NCBI GenBank assembly: GCA_964201705.1
Contig: CAXNEU010000001.1
Location: 1-54,757, forward strand
Length of the DNA stretch: 54,757 bases
Direction: 5' to 3'
Origin: Candidatus Planktophila sp.
Lineage (GTDB): Bacteria; Actinomycetota; Actinomycetes; Nanopelagicales; Nanopelagicaceae
Below are positions 11,196 to 20,840 of this stretch, one piece after another. Positions within the stretch are counted from its first letter, which is position 1. Every line of letters begins with the position of its first letter. The notes under the pieces were generated by a model. The model saw only the letters and a list, made by a program, of their open reading frames with translations. It made no database searches and was not told where the DNA came from. Made by a program: the position numbers and the translations under genes.

Positions 11196-11896
11196 TGAAA
11201 ATTGCAGCGGGGATCAAAGCCCCAAAGAAGGCTTTGGCGATAGCGATGACGCTAATTATTTTTGGCGGTGGTTCGTATCTACTCGGCTGGTCCTCTTTGC
11301 TAACGGTAAAACAAATTGAAATCACCGGAGCGCCAACGTTAAATTCTGAAAAGGCAATTGCAAAAAGCCTCAATATTTCCCTTGGAGATAAATTAGCCCG
11401 AGTTGATTCAAGAGCCCTTGCCAATAGATTAAAGGCCAATGATTGGATCAAATCAGCTGACATTTCTCGTAACTGGTTTAATGGCAAAGTCGCCATAGAT
11501 TTACAACCAAGGACCCCCGTCGCTCTTTACACCGCACCCGGTAAACCTCAACTGGTACTTGATGCTTCGGGAGTCTCATTCCAATTGCCAGGAGAGATAC
11601 CTGCTGGACTTCCGGATGTAAGTTCATCATCGGTGGCAAGTGGATTGATTGCGATCGAAGTCTTTACAGAAATGCCTAAAGAATTTAGCGACGGAATAGA
11701 CCGTCTTACCGCAGTAAGTTCCACGAATATTCAAATTAGCGGCAAATTTAGCGGTCGCACTTTGCAGATTATTTGGGGAGATGGCGAGGACACTTCACTT
11801 AAGTTAAAAGTGATTTCTGCTCTGCTGGATCTGTCAGAGAACAAATCAATACGGTTAATTGATGTCACAGCTCCGCATGCACCGATCGTTAAGTAA
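11195..11896 (+). CDS. ftsQ: Cell division protein FtsQ/DivIB
   Basis: TM helix plus POTRA-like region and C-terminal IDVTAP. Sits between murC and ftsZ. Confidence 0.88.
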   Translation: MKIAAGIKAPKKALAIAMTLIIFGGGSYLLGWSSLLTVKQIEITGAPTLNSEKAIAKSLNISLGDKLARVDSRALANRLKANDWIKSADISRNWFNGKVAIDLQPRTPVALYTAPGKPQLVLDASGVSFQLPGEIPAGLPDVSSSSVASGLIAIEVFTEMPKEFSDGIDRLTAVSSTNIQISGKFSGRTLQIIWGDGEDTSLKLKVISALLDLSENKSIRLIDVTAPHAPIVK

Positions 11897-11971
11897 TTAA
11901 AATAGTTTGAGTCGGTCTTTGCTTTCACCCGCATAACGCCTTACGTTCACCTACATCAAAGAGCGTAGAAA

Positions 11972-11996
11972 TGTAATTCTCAAGTTGAGGTTTACA
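11972..11996. promoter_or_regulatory. 25-bp imperfect inverted repeat upstream of ftsZ (candidate FtsR-type operator)
   Basis: TGTAATTCTCAAGTTGAGGTTTACA has 10 of 12 symmetric positions complementary. A candidate -10 (TACGTT) lies at 11942-11947. Confidence 0.55.
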
Positions 11997-12014
11997 GTTC
12001 TAAAGGAGGAACTT

Positions 12015-13145
12015 GTGGCTGCACCACAGAATTATTTAGCTGTCATCAAAGTAGTTGGAATCGGTGGCGGTGGAGTTAACGCAATCAATCGCATGATTGA
12101 TGTTGGTTTAAAGGGCGTTGAGTTCATTGCAATTAATACTGATGCACAACATCTTTTGATGAGCGATGCCGATGTGAAATTAGATATCGGTCGTACATCA
12201 ACTAAAGGTCTCGGTGCTGGTGCTGCTCCTGAAAAAGGAAGACAAGCTGCGGTCGATCACACTGAAGATATCGAAGAAATTTTACGCGGTGCAGACATGG
12301 TTTTCGTTACAGCAGGTGAAGGTGGCGGTACCGGCACTGGCGGCGCACCAATCGTTGCAAAAATTGCCCGCGATCTCGGTGCACTCACTATTGGCGTAGT
12401 AACGCGTCCATTCTCTTTTGAAGGAAAAATTCGTTCGGCACAAGCCGATGAAGGTATAGAACTTCTGCGCGCTGAAGTAGATACCTTAATTGTTATTCCT
12501 AACGATCGTCTTCTTGCAATTTCGGATCGAAACATTACAGCGGTTGATGCATTTAAAACTGCTGATCAAGTTTTGCTCTCTGGCGTACAAGGCATTACCG
12601 AGATAATTACTCAGCCTGGTCTAATCAACTTGGACTTTGCAGATGTAAAAACAGTTATGACTGATGCCGGTTCAGCGCTGATGGGAATCGGCTCAGCGCG
12701 TGGAGAAAATCGCGCGACTCGCGCCGCTGAATTAGCAATCTCTAGTCCGCTATTAGAAGCATCAATAGATGGTGCAATGGGAGTACTTCTCTCTGTCGCA
12801 GGCGGATCTGATCTTGGCCTATTTGAAATTAATGAAGCGTGCGAACTCGTACAAGCAGCGGCTCATCCAAACGCTCGCATCATCTTCGGAACAACCATTG
12901 ATGACGCCCTTGGAGATGAAGTTCGCGTCACCGTTATCGCTGCAGGCTTTGATGGAGGCCAACCAAAGAAGGTTTCGATGCCAGTAATTAACGCTGCTAC
13001 CTTGACGGGAATTGCAGATCCGATTCCTTCGAATGACCCGATCTCAGTTGCCCTCGATCTCGATAACACTTCACCTCGTAAGCGAGTTACATTCGAAGAC
13101 CTCATCGCCGAAGATGAGATCGACGTTCCAGATTTTATGAAGTAA
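12015..13145 (+). CDS. ftsZ: Cell division GTPase FtsZ
   Basis: GGGTGTG tubulin signature, NLDFAD and C-terminal [11 protein letters not shown] start after AAAGGAGG. Confidence 0.99.
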   Translation: MAAPQNYLAVIKVVGIGGGGVNAINRMIDVGLKGVEFIAINTDAQHLLMSDADVKLDIGRTSTKGLGAGAAPEKGRQAAVDHTEDIEEILRGADMVFVTAGEGGGTGTGGAPIVAKIARDLGALTIGVVTRPFSFEGKIRSAQADEGIELLRAEVDTLIVIPNDRLLAISDRNITAVDAFKTADQVLLSGVQGITEIITQPGLINLDFADVKTVMTDAGSALMGIGSARGENRATRAAELAISSPLLEASIDGAMGVLLSVAGGSDLGLFEINEACELVQAAAHPNARIIFGTTIDDALGDEVRVTVIAAGFDGGQPKKVSMPVINAATLTGIADPIPSNDPISVALDLDNTSPRKRVTFEDLIAEDEIDVPDFMK

Positions 13146-13178
13146 TAGCGGCCCACTCCATCTGCGAGTGAGTATTCA

Positions 13179-13844
13179 ATGCTTGTTACATTTACAAACC
13201 GCAATGGTGGTGTAAGCCAAGGGGCTTATTCGACTTTAAATTTAGGCGATCACGTAGGTGATGCTTCATCAGATGTATTGCGCAATCGTGACTCCATTGC
13301 AGCGCTGCACGGTCCCGTGCAATTTATGAGCCAAGTTCATGGAAATCGCATAGCAATAATTGAAGAAGTATCCGATGAAGCACCTACTGCCGATGCTCTC
13401 GTAACCGGGATTCCAGGTATCACCTTGGCGGTGATGGTTGCCGACTGTATTCCACTTTTATTGACTTCAAAGCAAGCAGTAGCTGCCGTCCATGTGGGAA
13501 GACGCGGACTCGTAAATAGCGTTGCAATCAAAACCGTTGAAGTAATGCGCGAAATGGGAGCGCAAGATATTTCGGCGATAATCGGACCGGCTATATGCGG
13601 GAGATGTTATGAAGTCTCTGCTGATATTCATCAAGAAGTTGTTACTGAATTTCCAATGGCGGATTCACGAACCAATTCGGGTTCACTTGCACTCGACCTA
13701 CCTAAAGCGTTGAGTGCGGTTCTGCAAAGCGCTGGAATTTCTATAGAAACCAGCCACAGCGCATGCACCGTGGAAAGCACCGATTTATTCTCGTATCGCC
13801 GTGATGGCCTAACGGGGCGACAAGCAGGGCTAGTAAGGCTATGA
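13179..13844 (+). CDS. pgeF: PgeF/YfiH (YlmD) peptidoglycan editing factor / purine nucleoside phosphorylase family
   Basis: LNLGDHVGD, QVHG, VADCIP, GPAICGRCYEV and FSYRRDG motifs. Confidence 0.93.
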   Translation: MLVTFTNRNGGVSQGAYSTLNLGDHVGDASSDVLRNRDSIAALHGPVQFMSQVHGNRIAIIEEVSDEAPTADALVTGIPGITLAVMVADCIPLLLTSKQAVAAVHVGRRGLVNSVAIKTVEVMREMGAQDISAIIGPAICGRCYEVSADIHQEVVTEFPMADSRTNSGSLALDLPKALSAVLQSAGISIETSHSACTVESTDLFSYRRDGLTGRQAGLVRL

Positions 13845-14527
13845 CAGAGCGCGCAAATGTAATTACAGAGTCGCTAGAACTAGTAAAAACACAGATCGCG
13901 AATGCAGCCGTTGGCGCCGCTCGATCTGCAGACGAAATTACTTTGATCGCCGTAACCAAGACTTATCCAGTTAGCGATGTCGAAATATTACATAGTTTGG
14001 GCCAGCGTAATTTTGGCGAAAATCGAAGTGAAGAAGGTGCTGAAAAATCAGCACAGGTGAATGGAACTTGGCATTACCAGGGACAAGTGCAGAGTCGCAA
14101 ACTGCGCGAAATCGCAGGGTGGGCAAGTTATATTCATTCGATTGATTCGCCAGATCATGCACTTAAGCTCTCGCGCATTTGTGCCGAATTAGGCAAAGAT
14201 ATTTCGATTTTTCTCCAACTTTCACTAGATGGAGCACCAGATCGCGGGGGAGTAATTGCCACCGAAATCTTCGCCCTTGCTGAACAAGTCGCAGAACTTC
14301 CAAATATCAAATTGGCTGGATTGATGTGCGTGCCTCCAGTCTCATATGAGCATCAGCGCGCATTTACAGAGATCGCGCAAATCCATCAGAGTTTTGTAAG
14401 CAGTTTTTCGCAGGCGAAGTCGCTATCGGCTGGCATGAGTTCTGATTTTGAAGTGGCTATAGCCCATGGCGCGACACATCTGCGGGTAGGTAGCCAAATC
14501 CTCGGTTCACGCACGTATCACCCCTAA
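13841..14527 (+). CDS. yggS: PLP homeostasis protein YggS (YlmE)
   Basis: AVTKT, FGENR, GLMC and SAGMSSDFEVAIAHGATHLRVGS motifs. Confidence 0.95.
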   Translation: MTERANVITESLELVKTQIANAAVGAARSADEITLIAVTKTYPVSDVEILHSLGQRNFGENRSEEGAEKSAQVNGTWHYQGQVQSRKLREIAGWASYIHSIDSPDHALKLSRICAELGKDISIFLQLSLDGAPDRGGVIATEIFALAEQVAELPNIKLAGLMCVPPVSYEHQRAFTEIAQIHQSFVSSFSQAKSLSAGMSSDFEVAIAHGATHLRVGSQILGSRTYHP

Positions 14528-14530
14528 CCT
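14525..14530 (+). promoter_or_regulatory. -10 hexamer of probable leaderless sepF promoter
   Basis: TAACCT, then 6 nt, then ATG; no SD sequence. The hexamer overlaps the yggS stop codon. Confidence 0.55.
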
Positions 14531-14536
14531 TTACCT

Positions 14537-15004
14537 ATGTCAGCACTCAATAAAATGATGGGCTATCTCGGTCTAGTAGATACCGATGAAGAAGCCCAAG
14601 GTGAAGCAACTCCAGCCCGCGCAGAACGTTCATCTCGCGAAGTCGCACGACCAAGTCGTGATCGCGCTGGAGTAACAGTCGTTGGTTCAGCTATTGGAGT
14701 TGCTCCTTCAACACAACTAGAAGTGAATTACCACATCATCACTTTGCAACCTCGCTCATACAGTGAAGCGCGCAAGATGGGCGAGCACTATCGTGAAGGA
14801 AATCCCGTAATCATTAACCTCGATGATATGGAAGAGTCAGAGCGCAAGCGCTTGGTCGACTTTGCTAGCGGATTGGTTTTTGGATTACACGGTCGCATCG
14901 AACGCGTTAGCCATAAAGTATTTCTTCTCTCACCTGCAAATGTAAATGTGAGCAGTGAAGATAAGACAGCAGCAGCGCAGGCTAGTTTCTTTAACCAATC
15001 ATAA
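14537..15004 (+). CDS. sepF: Cell division protein SepF
   Basis: N-terminal amphipathic MMGYLGL; PRSYSEAR, KRLVDFASGL and VFLLSP motifs. Confidence 0.96.
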   Translation: MSALNKMMGYLGLVDTDEEAQGEATPARAERSSREVARPSRDRAGVTVVGSAIGVAPSTQLEVNYHIITLQPRSYSEARKMGEHYREGNPVIINLDDMEESERKRLVDFASGLVFGLHGRIERVSHKVFLLSPANVNVSSEDKTAAAQASFFNQS

Positions 15005-15029
15005 TTTATAACGAATTAGTTTATTCATT

Positions 15030-15311
15030 ATGATCACTAACTTGCTTCTAACCGCGCTTGACCTTTTCAAGTACGCGCTCTTTATCCGCCTAATTATTGA
15101 TTATGCGCGAATCTTTGCCCGCAATTGGCGCCCTAATTCATTCCTTATCGCATTCTTCGAATTTATCTACGCGATTACAGATCCACCTATGAAATTTGTT
15201 GGAAAATTTGTGCCGCCACTGCGTTTAGGCGGAGTATCACTGGATCTATCATTTGTAGTTCTCTTGATCGCAATTAGTCTTCTTAAAGGGATAATCGTCG
15301 TCGTCCTTTAA
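15030..15311 (+). CDS. yggT: YggT/YlmG (SepG) membrane protein
   Basis: ITDPP and PPLRLGGVSLDLS motifs; follows sepF. Confidence 0.93.
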   Translation: MITNLLLTALDLFKYALFIRLIIDYARIFARNWRPNSFLIAFFEFIYAITDPPMKFVGKFVPPLRLGGVSLDLSFVVLLIAISLLKGIIVVVL

Positions 15312-15325
15312 GCACACACTGCAAA

Positions 15326-18300
15326 TTAAGCTTTAACTAATACCGCACTTATCTGCAATTCATTGTCGCCGGCAGACAGACTCGCATCGTGTGTAAATTC
15401 CAGTGCAAGTACTTCATCGCTGATATGCGCTGCTGATTTATTGATCGCAGCAACTATTGTGGCATCAGCGTTCCAGCGAACTTTAATTCGATCGGAAATC
15501 TCAAAGCCATCACCTTTACGCCGCTCTTGAATGTAGCGAATTACCTCACGGACATTTCCGGCATCAATGAGAGACTGGCTAAGGGCAAGATCTAGCGCGA
15601 CAGATTCACCCTCGTGGGATGCAACCATCCAGCCACTCTTTGGTACTTCTGTCACAACCAAATCACCGAGTTCGATCTCCCAAGTGGCAACCTTGGTTGA
15701 AGCAGTCGTACGAAGTGTTTTAACTAGCGCAGTTGCATCAGTGGCGGCGATCGCCTTAGAAATTTCTTGCACTTCTTTGCCGTATTTCGCACCGAGTGAT
15801 TTAAAGTTCGCTTTGACGGAAATATTCACCAGGTCTCCATCGGCATCTGCAATATCGGCTAGGTCAATCACATTTAGCTCATCCGCGATCTGATCGCGCA
15901 TATCACTTGGTAACTTCGCCCAGCCGGGTGCGGAAATCAGGGCACGTTGCAATGGCTGACGAATCTTTATTGCAGATTCTGCGCGCGCTGCTCGTCCTAG
16001 TTCAACGACGCGGCGAGTCATAGCCACCTGGGAGTTAAGTTCAAGGTTGATTAGCGATTTATCTGCGATTGGAAAATCGGTTAAATGAACTGAATCAGAA
16101 GCGCCGGCATCGGCTGGTTTCACAACTTCCTGCCAGACGTGCTCGGTAATAAATGGAACCATTGGCGAGAGAAGTTGGGTGAGAGTTACCAAACACTCAT
16201 GCAGCGTTCCGAGTGCGGCCAGATCTCCATCCCAGAAACGGCGACGAGAGCGTCGCACATACCAATTAGATAGGTCATCGATAAAGCGAGCCAACGCCTT
16301 TCCGGCACTTTGCGAATCAAACTCGGAGTATGCAAGATCGACTTCGGCAATTAAAGAATTTAACTCGCTGAGGATCCAGTGATCCATCATTGATCGATCC
16401 TTCACTGCCGGAATCTGTGAGATATCAAAATTTGAAGATTGCGCATATAAAGTGTGGAAAGAAATTGTGTTCCAATAGGTCAGCAAGGTTTTGCGAACGA
16501 CATCGCTGATTGCATCGTGGCCTACGCGACGCGCAGACCAAGGCGATCCGGCTGCCAACATGTACCAACGCACCGCATCAGCGCCGTGTTGATCCATCAA
16601 TGAGATAGGTTCAATTACATTTCCGAGATGCTTACTCATCTTGCGACCATCTTTATCTAAGATATGGCCCAGACAGAGCACGCTCTTGTAGGAGGATTCA
16701 TCAAAGACCAAGGTGCCGATCGTCATTAAGGTGTAAAACCAGCCGCGAGTTTGATCAATTGCTTCGCAGATGAAATCAGCAGGGTAGGCGGCTTTAAATT
16801 TCTCTACCGACCCAGGCTTATGTGGATAGCCCCACTGTGCAAAGGGCATTGCTCCAGAGTCATACCAACAATCGATTACCTCCGGAACGCGCATCATCTC
16901 TTTATTGCATGTTGAGCAAGGGAAGGTGATGTCATCTACGAAAGGACGATGCGGATCTAGATTAGAAAGTTCTTTTCCGGCGAGAGCACCTAATTCTTTA
17001 AGTGAATCTACGCAGACTTCGTGCTTATCTTCACAACGCCAGATTGGCAGGGGAGTACCCCAGTAGCGATTGCGAGAAAGCGCCCAGTCAATATTGTTAT
17101 TTAACCAGTCGCCGTAACGCCCAGTCTTGATAGTTTCGGGGTGCCAATTGGTCTGATTATTTTCACGAATCAACTCATCTTTAATTGAAGTGGTGCGGAT
17201 ATACCAAGATGGTTGCGCGTAATAAATCAGCGCGGTGTGGCAGCGCCAGCAATGTGGGTAAGGGTGCTCATATGGCTGATGCTTATAAAGAACGCCACGT
17301 GATTTCAATTCTTTCACCAAAGTCTTATCGGCATCTTTAAAGAAGAGGCCACCGACTAGTGGAACCTCACTCAAAAACGTTCCATTAGGCGCGATTGGAT
17401 TTACAACGGGCAAGCCATATGCGCGGCAAACAGCGAGGTCATCTGCGCCGAAAGCGGGGGATTGGTGGACAAGCCCGGTTCCATCTTCAGTGGTTACGTA
17501 ATTTGCAAGTACAACAAAGTGAGCATCGGGAATATCAATTAAATCTAAGGGGCGCTTATAGGTAATGCGTTCCAGATCTTTACCTTTGATCGTCTTTAAT
17601 ATTTTAACTTCTCCGGAAAGTGCTGAAATAAGGGGCTCTGCAACGACTAATACTTCTCGGCTTTCTTCGCCCTTATCTTCGAGCGTAACTTCAGCAACGA
17701 CATAATCAACTTCTGGGTTAACTGCAATTGCGGTATTTGAAACCAGCGTCCAAGGAGTAGTTGTCCACACCAGCAGCGCAGCGCCACGATCAGCTAGTTC
17801 ACCCGAAGTGACTGGAAAGCGCACATAAACCGATGGATCAGTAACTGTTTCATACCCTTGAGCGAGCTCGTGATCTGAGAGCCCGGTGCCGCAACGAGGG
17901 CAATATGGAGCAACGCGATGATCTTGAACCAAGAGACCTTTCTTCCAGATCTCTTTTAAGCTCCACCAAACACTTTCTACATATTCTGGTGCCATAGTCC
18001 AATAAGCTTGATCAAAGTCAACCCAAAAACCCATGCGGTTTGTCATCGTTGTAAATTCATCTACGTGGCGAGTTACCGAATCACGACACTTATCATTGAA
18101 AGCAGCAATTCCATATTTTTCAATATCGCCCTTGCCAGAAAAACCTAACTCCTTCTCAACTGCAATCTCAACCGGAAGTCCGTGACAATCCCATCCAGCC
18201 TTGCGAGTTACATATTTACCTTTCATCGTTTGGTAACGAGGGAAGACATCCTTAAAGGCGCGCGCTTCAATGTGGTGAGTGCCCGGCATTCCATTTGCAG

Positions 18301-18448
18301 TCGGCGGTCCTTCATAGAAAGTCCAGGGCTGACCGCTCTGGCGTGCTGCGGTGCTGGCTTCGAAAATCGCGTGTTCGCGCCAGAACTCCAAGATCGAACG
18401 CTCCATTGCCGGAAGGTCGATTTGAGCAGGAACTGGGCGAATTGTCAT
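15326..18448 (-). CDS. ileS: Isoleucyl-tRNA synthetase, type 2 (GXHH variant)
   Basis: GPPTANGMPGTHH, GWDCHGLP, WTTTPWT, DWALSRNRYWG and KMSKH motifs. C-terminus is IleRS2-type with no zinc finger. Confidence 0.98.
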   Translation of the reverse strand: MTIRPVPAQIDLPAMERSILEFWREHAIFEASTAARQSGQPWTFYEGPPTANGMPGTHHIEARAFKDVFPRYQTMKGKYVTRKAGWDCHGLPVEIAVEKELGFSGKGDIEKYGIAAFNDKCRDSVTRHVDEFTTMTNRMGFWVDFDQAYWTMAPEYVESVWWSLKEIWKKGLLVQDHRVAPYCPRCGTGLSDHELAQGYETVTDPSVYVRFPVTSGELADRGAALLVWTTTPWTLVSNTAIAVNPEVDYVVAEVTLEDKGEESREVLVVAEPLISALSGEVKILKTIKGKDLERITYKRPLDLIDIPDAHFVVLANYVTTEDGTGLVHQSPAFGADDLAVCRAYGLPVVNPIAPNGTFLSEVPLVGGLFFKDADKTLVKELKSRGVLYKHQPYEHPYPHCWRCHTALIYYAQPSWYIRTTSIKDELIRENNQTNWHPETIKTGRYGDWLNNNIDWALSRNRYWGTPLPIWRCEDKHEVCVDSLKELGALAGKELSNLDPHRPFVDDITFPCSTCNKEMMRVPEVIDCWYDSGAMPFAQWGYPHKPGSVEKFKAAYPADFICEAIDQTRGWFYTLMTIGTLVFDESSYKSVLCLGHILDKDGRKMSKHLGNVIEPISLMDQHGADAVRWYMLAAGSPWSARRVGHDAISDVVRKTLLTYWNTISFHTLYAQSSNFDISQIPAVKDRSMMDHWILSELNSLIAEVDLAYSEFDSQSAGKALARFIDDLSNWYVRRSRRRFWDGDLAALGTLHECLVTLTQLLSPMVPFITEHVWQEVVKPADAGASDSVHLTDFPIADKSLINLELNSQVAMTRRVVELGRAARAESAIKIRQPLQRALISAPGWAKLPSDMRDQIADELNVIDLADIADADGDLVNISVKANFKSLGAKYGKEVQEISKAIAATDATALVKTLRTTASTKVATWEIELGDLVVTEVPKSGWMVASHEGESVALDLALSQSLIDAGNVREVIRYIQERRKGDGFEISDRIKVRWNADATIVAAINKSAAHISDEVLALEFTHDASLSAGDNELQISAVLVKA

Positions 18449-18577
18449 AAGGGGGAGAGTCTAACGCCGTAGGGTCTTAGAGATAGCGCAAGTGAATGCG
18501 AAGCAGCAGGTAAGAAATTACAGTGGATCTGAGTGGCAAAGTTGGTCTTAGCGGTAAAAGAGCATAAGGTGCGCGGC

Positions 18578-19375
18578 GTGCCAGCAAAAAAGAAAGCCGT
18601 AGCCAAAAAAGCCGCTCTCAAAAAAGTGGCTAAAAAGGTAGCAAAGAAAGCCCCTGCCAAAAAGGTTGCGAAGAAAGTTGCTAAGAAAGCCCCCGCTAAG
18701 AAAGCCCCTGGCAAAAAAGCGGCTGCTAAAAAAGCTCCAGTAAAGAAAGCATCAGTAAAGAAAGCACCAGTAAAGAAAGCACCGGGTCGCCCTTTTCCTT
18801 CGAAAGTTGGCAAGACCACTCTTACCGTTGATGAGAAATCACAGACAGTTAGCGTTGCAACAGTTGTTGCCCCGGTTGCAACCCCTGTAATTGAAGAGCG
18901 CCGTCTAGTAATGCCCCCACCACCGCGCCCAGTTAAGAGCGGTAAGAAAATTGCTCCACTAAAGCCGATCAAAGCTGCGCCAACCCCAGTTACCGCAAGT
19001 GACGGTGAAGCGCCATGGTCTGCGGCAGAGTTAAAGGCGATTCGTACCGAGATTGCCAAAGACTTAGCGCGCCTTCAGCAAGAACTTGCGGTTGTTGAAG
19101 CAGAAATGAATGAGTTGATTTCAGATTCGGGTGAAGGCGCCGGTGATGATCAAGCAGATTCCGGAACCAAAACCTTCGAACGCGAACACGAAATGTCACT
19201 TGTTATAAATGCGCGCGATATGGTTTTGCAAACTGAACGTGCCCTTGATCGTATAGATAATAAGACATATGGAAATTGTGAAGAGTGTGGCAACGCGATT
19301 GGCAAGGCGCGCTTGCAAGTATTTCCTCGGGCAACCCTCTGCATGATTTGCAAGCAGAAGGAAGAGCGGCGCTAA
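18578..19375 (+). CDS. DksA/TraR C4 zinc-finger protein with N-terminal Lys/Ala-rich histone-like domain (DdbA-like)
   Basis: AKK/PAKK repeats, a coiled coil with DDQAD tip and a CEEC...CMIC finger. GTG start 7 nt after TAAGGT. Confidence 0.9.
   Translation: MPAKKKAVAKKAALKKVAKKVAKKAPAKKVAKKVAKKAPAKKAPGKKAAAKKAPVKKASVKKAPVKKAPGRPFPSKVGKTTLTVDEKSQTVSVATVVAPVATPVIEERRLVMPPPPRPVKSGKKIAPLKPIKAAPTPVTASDGEAPWSAAELKAIRTEIAKDLARLQQELAVVEAEMNELISDSGEGAGDDQADSGTKTFEREHEMSLVINARDMVLQTERALDRIDNKTYGNCEECGNAIGKARLQVFPRATLCMICKQKEERR
18585..18783 (+). repeat. Degenerate tandem codon repeats encoding KKVA/KKAPA/KKAPV
   Basis: Repeated AAGAAAGC units, e.g. CAGTAAAGAAAGCA at 15-nt period near 18737-18783. 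Confidence 0.8.
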
Positions 19376-19376
19376 A

Positions 19377-19859
19377 GTGCGCCTAATTTCTACACACTGG
19401 AAAAGACTTTATACGATCGCGTGGGCGATCTGGCTTCTCGATTTCGCAACAAAAAGTTGGGCCCTAAATACACTTGATTCCCGCAATCCAGTTAAATTAA
19501 TTGGCAACTTTCTCCAATTAACTCTTCTTAAGAACTCTGGTGCAGCTTTCAGTCTGGCGCAAGGTGCAACGATTATTTTCACTTTCTTCGCGATTTCAGT
19601 TGTGGCAGCAATTGCCTATTACTCAATAAAGATCACATCATTTGGGTGGTCAATCGTTCTTGGACTCGCCCTAGGCGGAATCCTGGGCAACCTCACCGAT
19701 CGGATCTTTCGCGCTCCTGGTTTCTTTACAGGACATGTAATCGACTGGATTCAACTCCCGAATTGGCCGGTATTTAACTTGGCAGATAGCGCTATTGTGG
19801 TTGCAGCATCAATTGCAGTCATTCTTTCAATCCGCAATATTTCACCAATGGGGGCTTAA
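19377..19859 (+). CDS. lspA: Lipoprotein signal peptidase II
   Basis: NSGAAFS, GNLTDR, VIDWI and FNLAD motifs. Confidence 0.97.
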   Translation: MRLISTHWKRLYTIAWAIWLLDFATKSWALNTLDSRNPVKLIGNFLQLTLLKNSGAAFSLAQGATIIFTFFAISVVAAIAYYSIKITSFGWSIVLGLALGGILGNLTDRIFRAPGFFTGHVIDWIQLPNWPVFNLADSAIVVAASIAVILSIRNISPMGA

Positions 19860-20798
19860 ATGTCACGCGAAGCGCGCACGTTAAGCGTTCCTGAAGGCGT
19901 TGCGGGTGAACGAATCGATAGCGCACTTACTCGCGTGCTCGGTCTCTCGCGCACCACAATTGTGCGACTGCTTGAAGATGGCGATATTCGAACGAGCGGT
20001 CGTGTAATGGCGAAATCAGAACGCGTAACCAACGGACAAATTATCGATGTTTTAATGCCAGAACCCCTAAATCAGGATCCAATTCCTTTGACACCACTCG
20101 ATGGTCTAAGGGTTGCTTACGATGACGAAGATATTATCGTCGTAGATAAACCCGTTGGATGCGCTGCTCACCCAAGTCCGGGTTGGATGGGTCCAACTGT
20201 TGTAGGCGCACTTACCGCTGCGGGTTACACAGTTTCTACTTCTGGGCCAGCTGAGCGAGCTGGAATCGTTCATCGCCTCGATGTCGGCACAAGCGGCTTG
20301 ATGATCGTTGCAAAAACGGATCGTGCCTACACAACTCTTAAAGATGCATTTCGGGACCATAAAGTTGAAAAGATTTATCATGCTTTAGTTCAAGGACATA
20401 TGGACCCGGTTACTGGAACTATTGATGCGCCCATTGATCGCCACCCAAAAGAAGATCATCGCTTCGCAGTTATTGCCGAAGGTAAAGAGAGCATCACACA
20501 TTACGAAGTAATTGAATTTTACAGATCTGTCTCACTCGTTAAGGTTGAACTCGAAACTGGTCGCACCCATCAAATCCGCGTTCACTTCTCGGCCTTGAAC
20601 CACCCACTAGTTGGTGATACAACATATGGTGCAGATCCAGTCCTTGGTAAATCTCTGAAGATGTCGCGACCTTGGTTGCACGCGCTAGAACTTCGCTTCG
20701 CCCACCCAGTTAGCAAAGAGCAATTGGTTTTTAACGCTCCCTATGCACCTGACCTTCAGGCTTGCTTGGGGTTGCTCTCTGATGCGGTTCTGCCGTAA
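19860..20798 (+). CDS. rluD: RluA/RluD family 23S rRNA pseudouridine synthase
   Basis: S4 domain, VHRLDVGTSG and ETGRTHQIRVH motifs. Confidence 0.93.
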   Translation: MSREARTLSVPEGVAGERIDSALTRVLGLSRTTIVRLLEDGDIRTSGRVMAKSERVTNGQIIDVLMPEPLNQDPIPLTPLDGLRVAYDDEDIIVVDKPVGCAAHPSPGWMGPTVVGALTAAGYTVSTSGPAERAGIVHRLDVGTSGLMIVAKTDRAYTTLKDAFRDHKVEKIYHALVQGHMDPVTGTIDAPIDRHPKEDHRFAVIAEGKESITHYEVIEFYRSVSLVKVELETGRTHQIRVHFSALNHPLVGDTTYGADPVLGKSLKMSRPWLHALELRFAHPVSKEQLVFNAPYAPDLQACLGLLSDAVLP

Positions 20799-20840
20799 CT
20801 ACCGCCTTCGGACTATCCCAGAGACTAATATTGAGAAACT

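Noticed and set aside
18585-18783. Short periodic repeats as a possible CRISPR or other DNA repeat array
   Set aside because: In-frame, synonymously variable coding repeats with no spacers and no cas genes.
18445-19059. 204-aa minus-strand ORF rich in FLA/AFF repeats
   Set aside because: Antisense shadow of the Lys/Ala repeat gene (AAG/AAA read as CTT/TTT).
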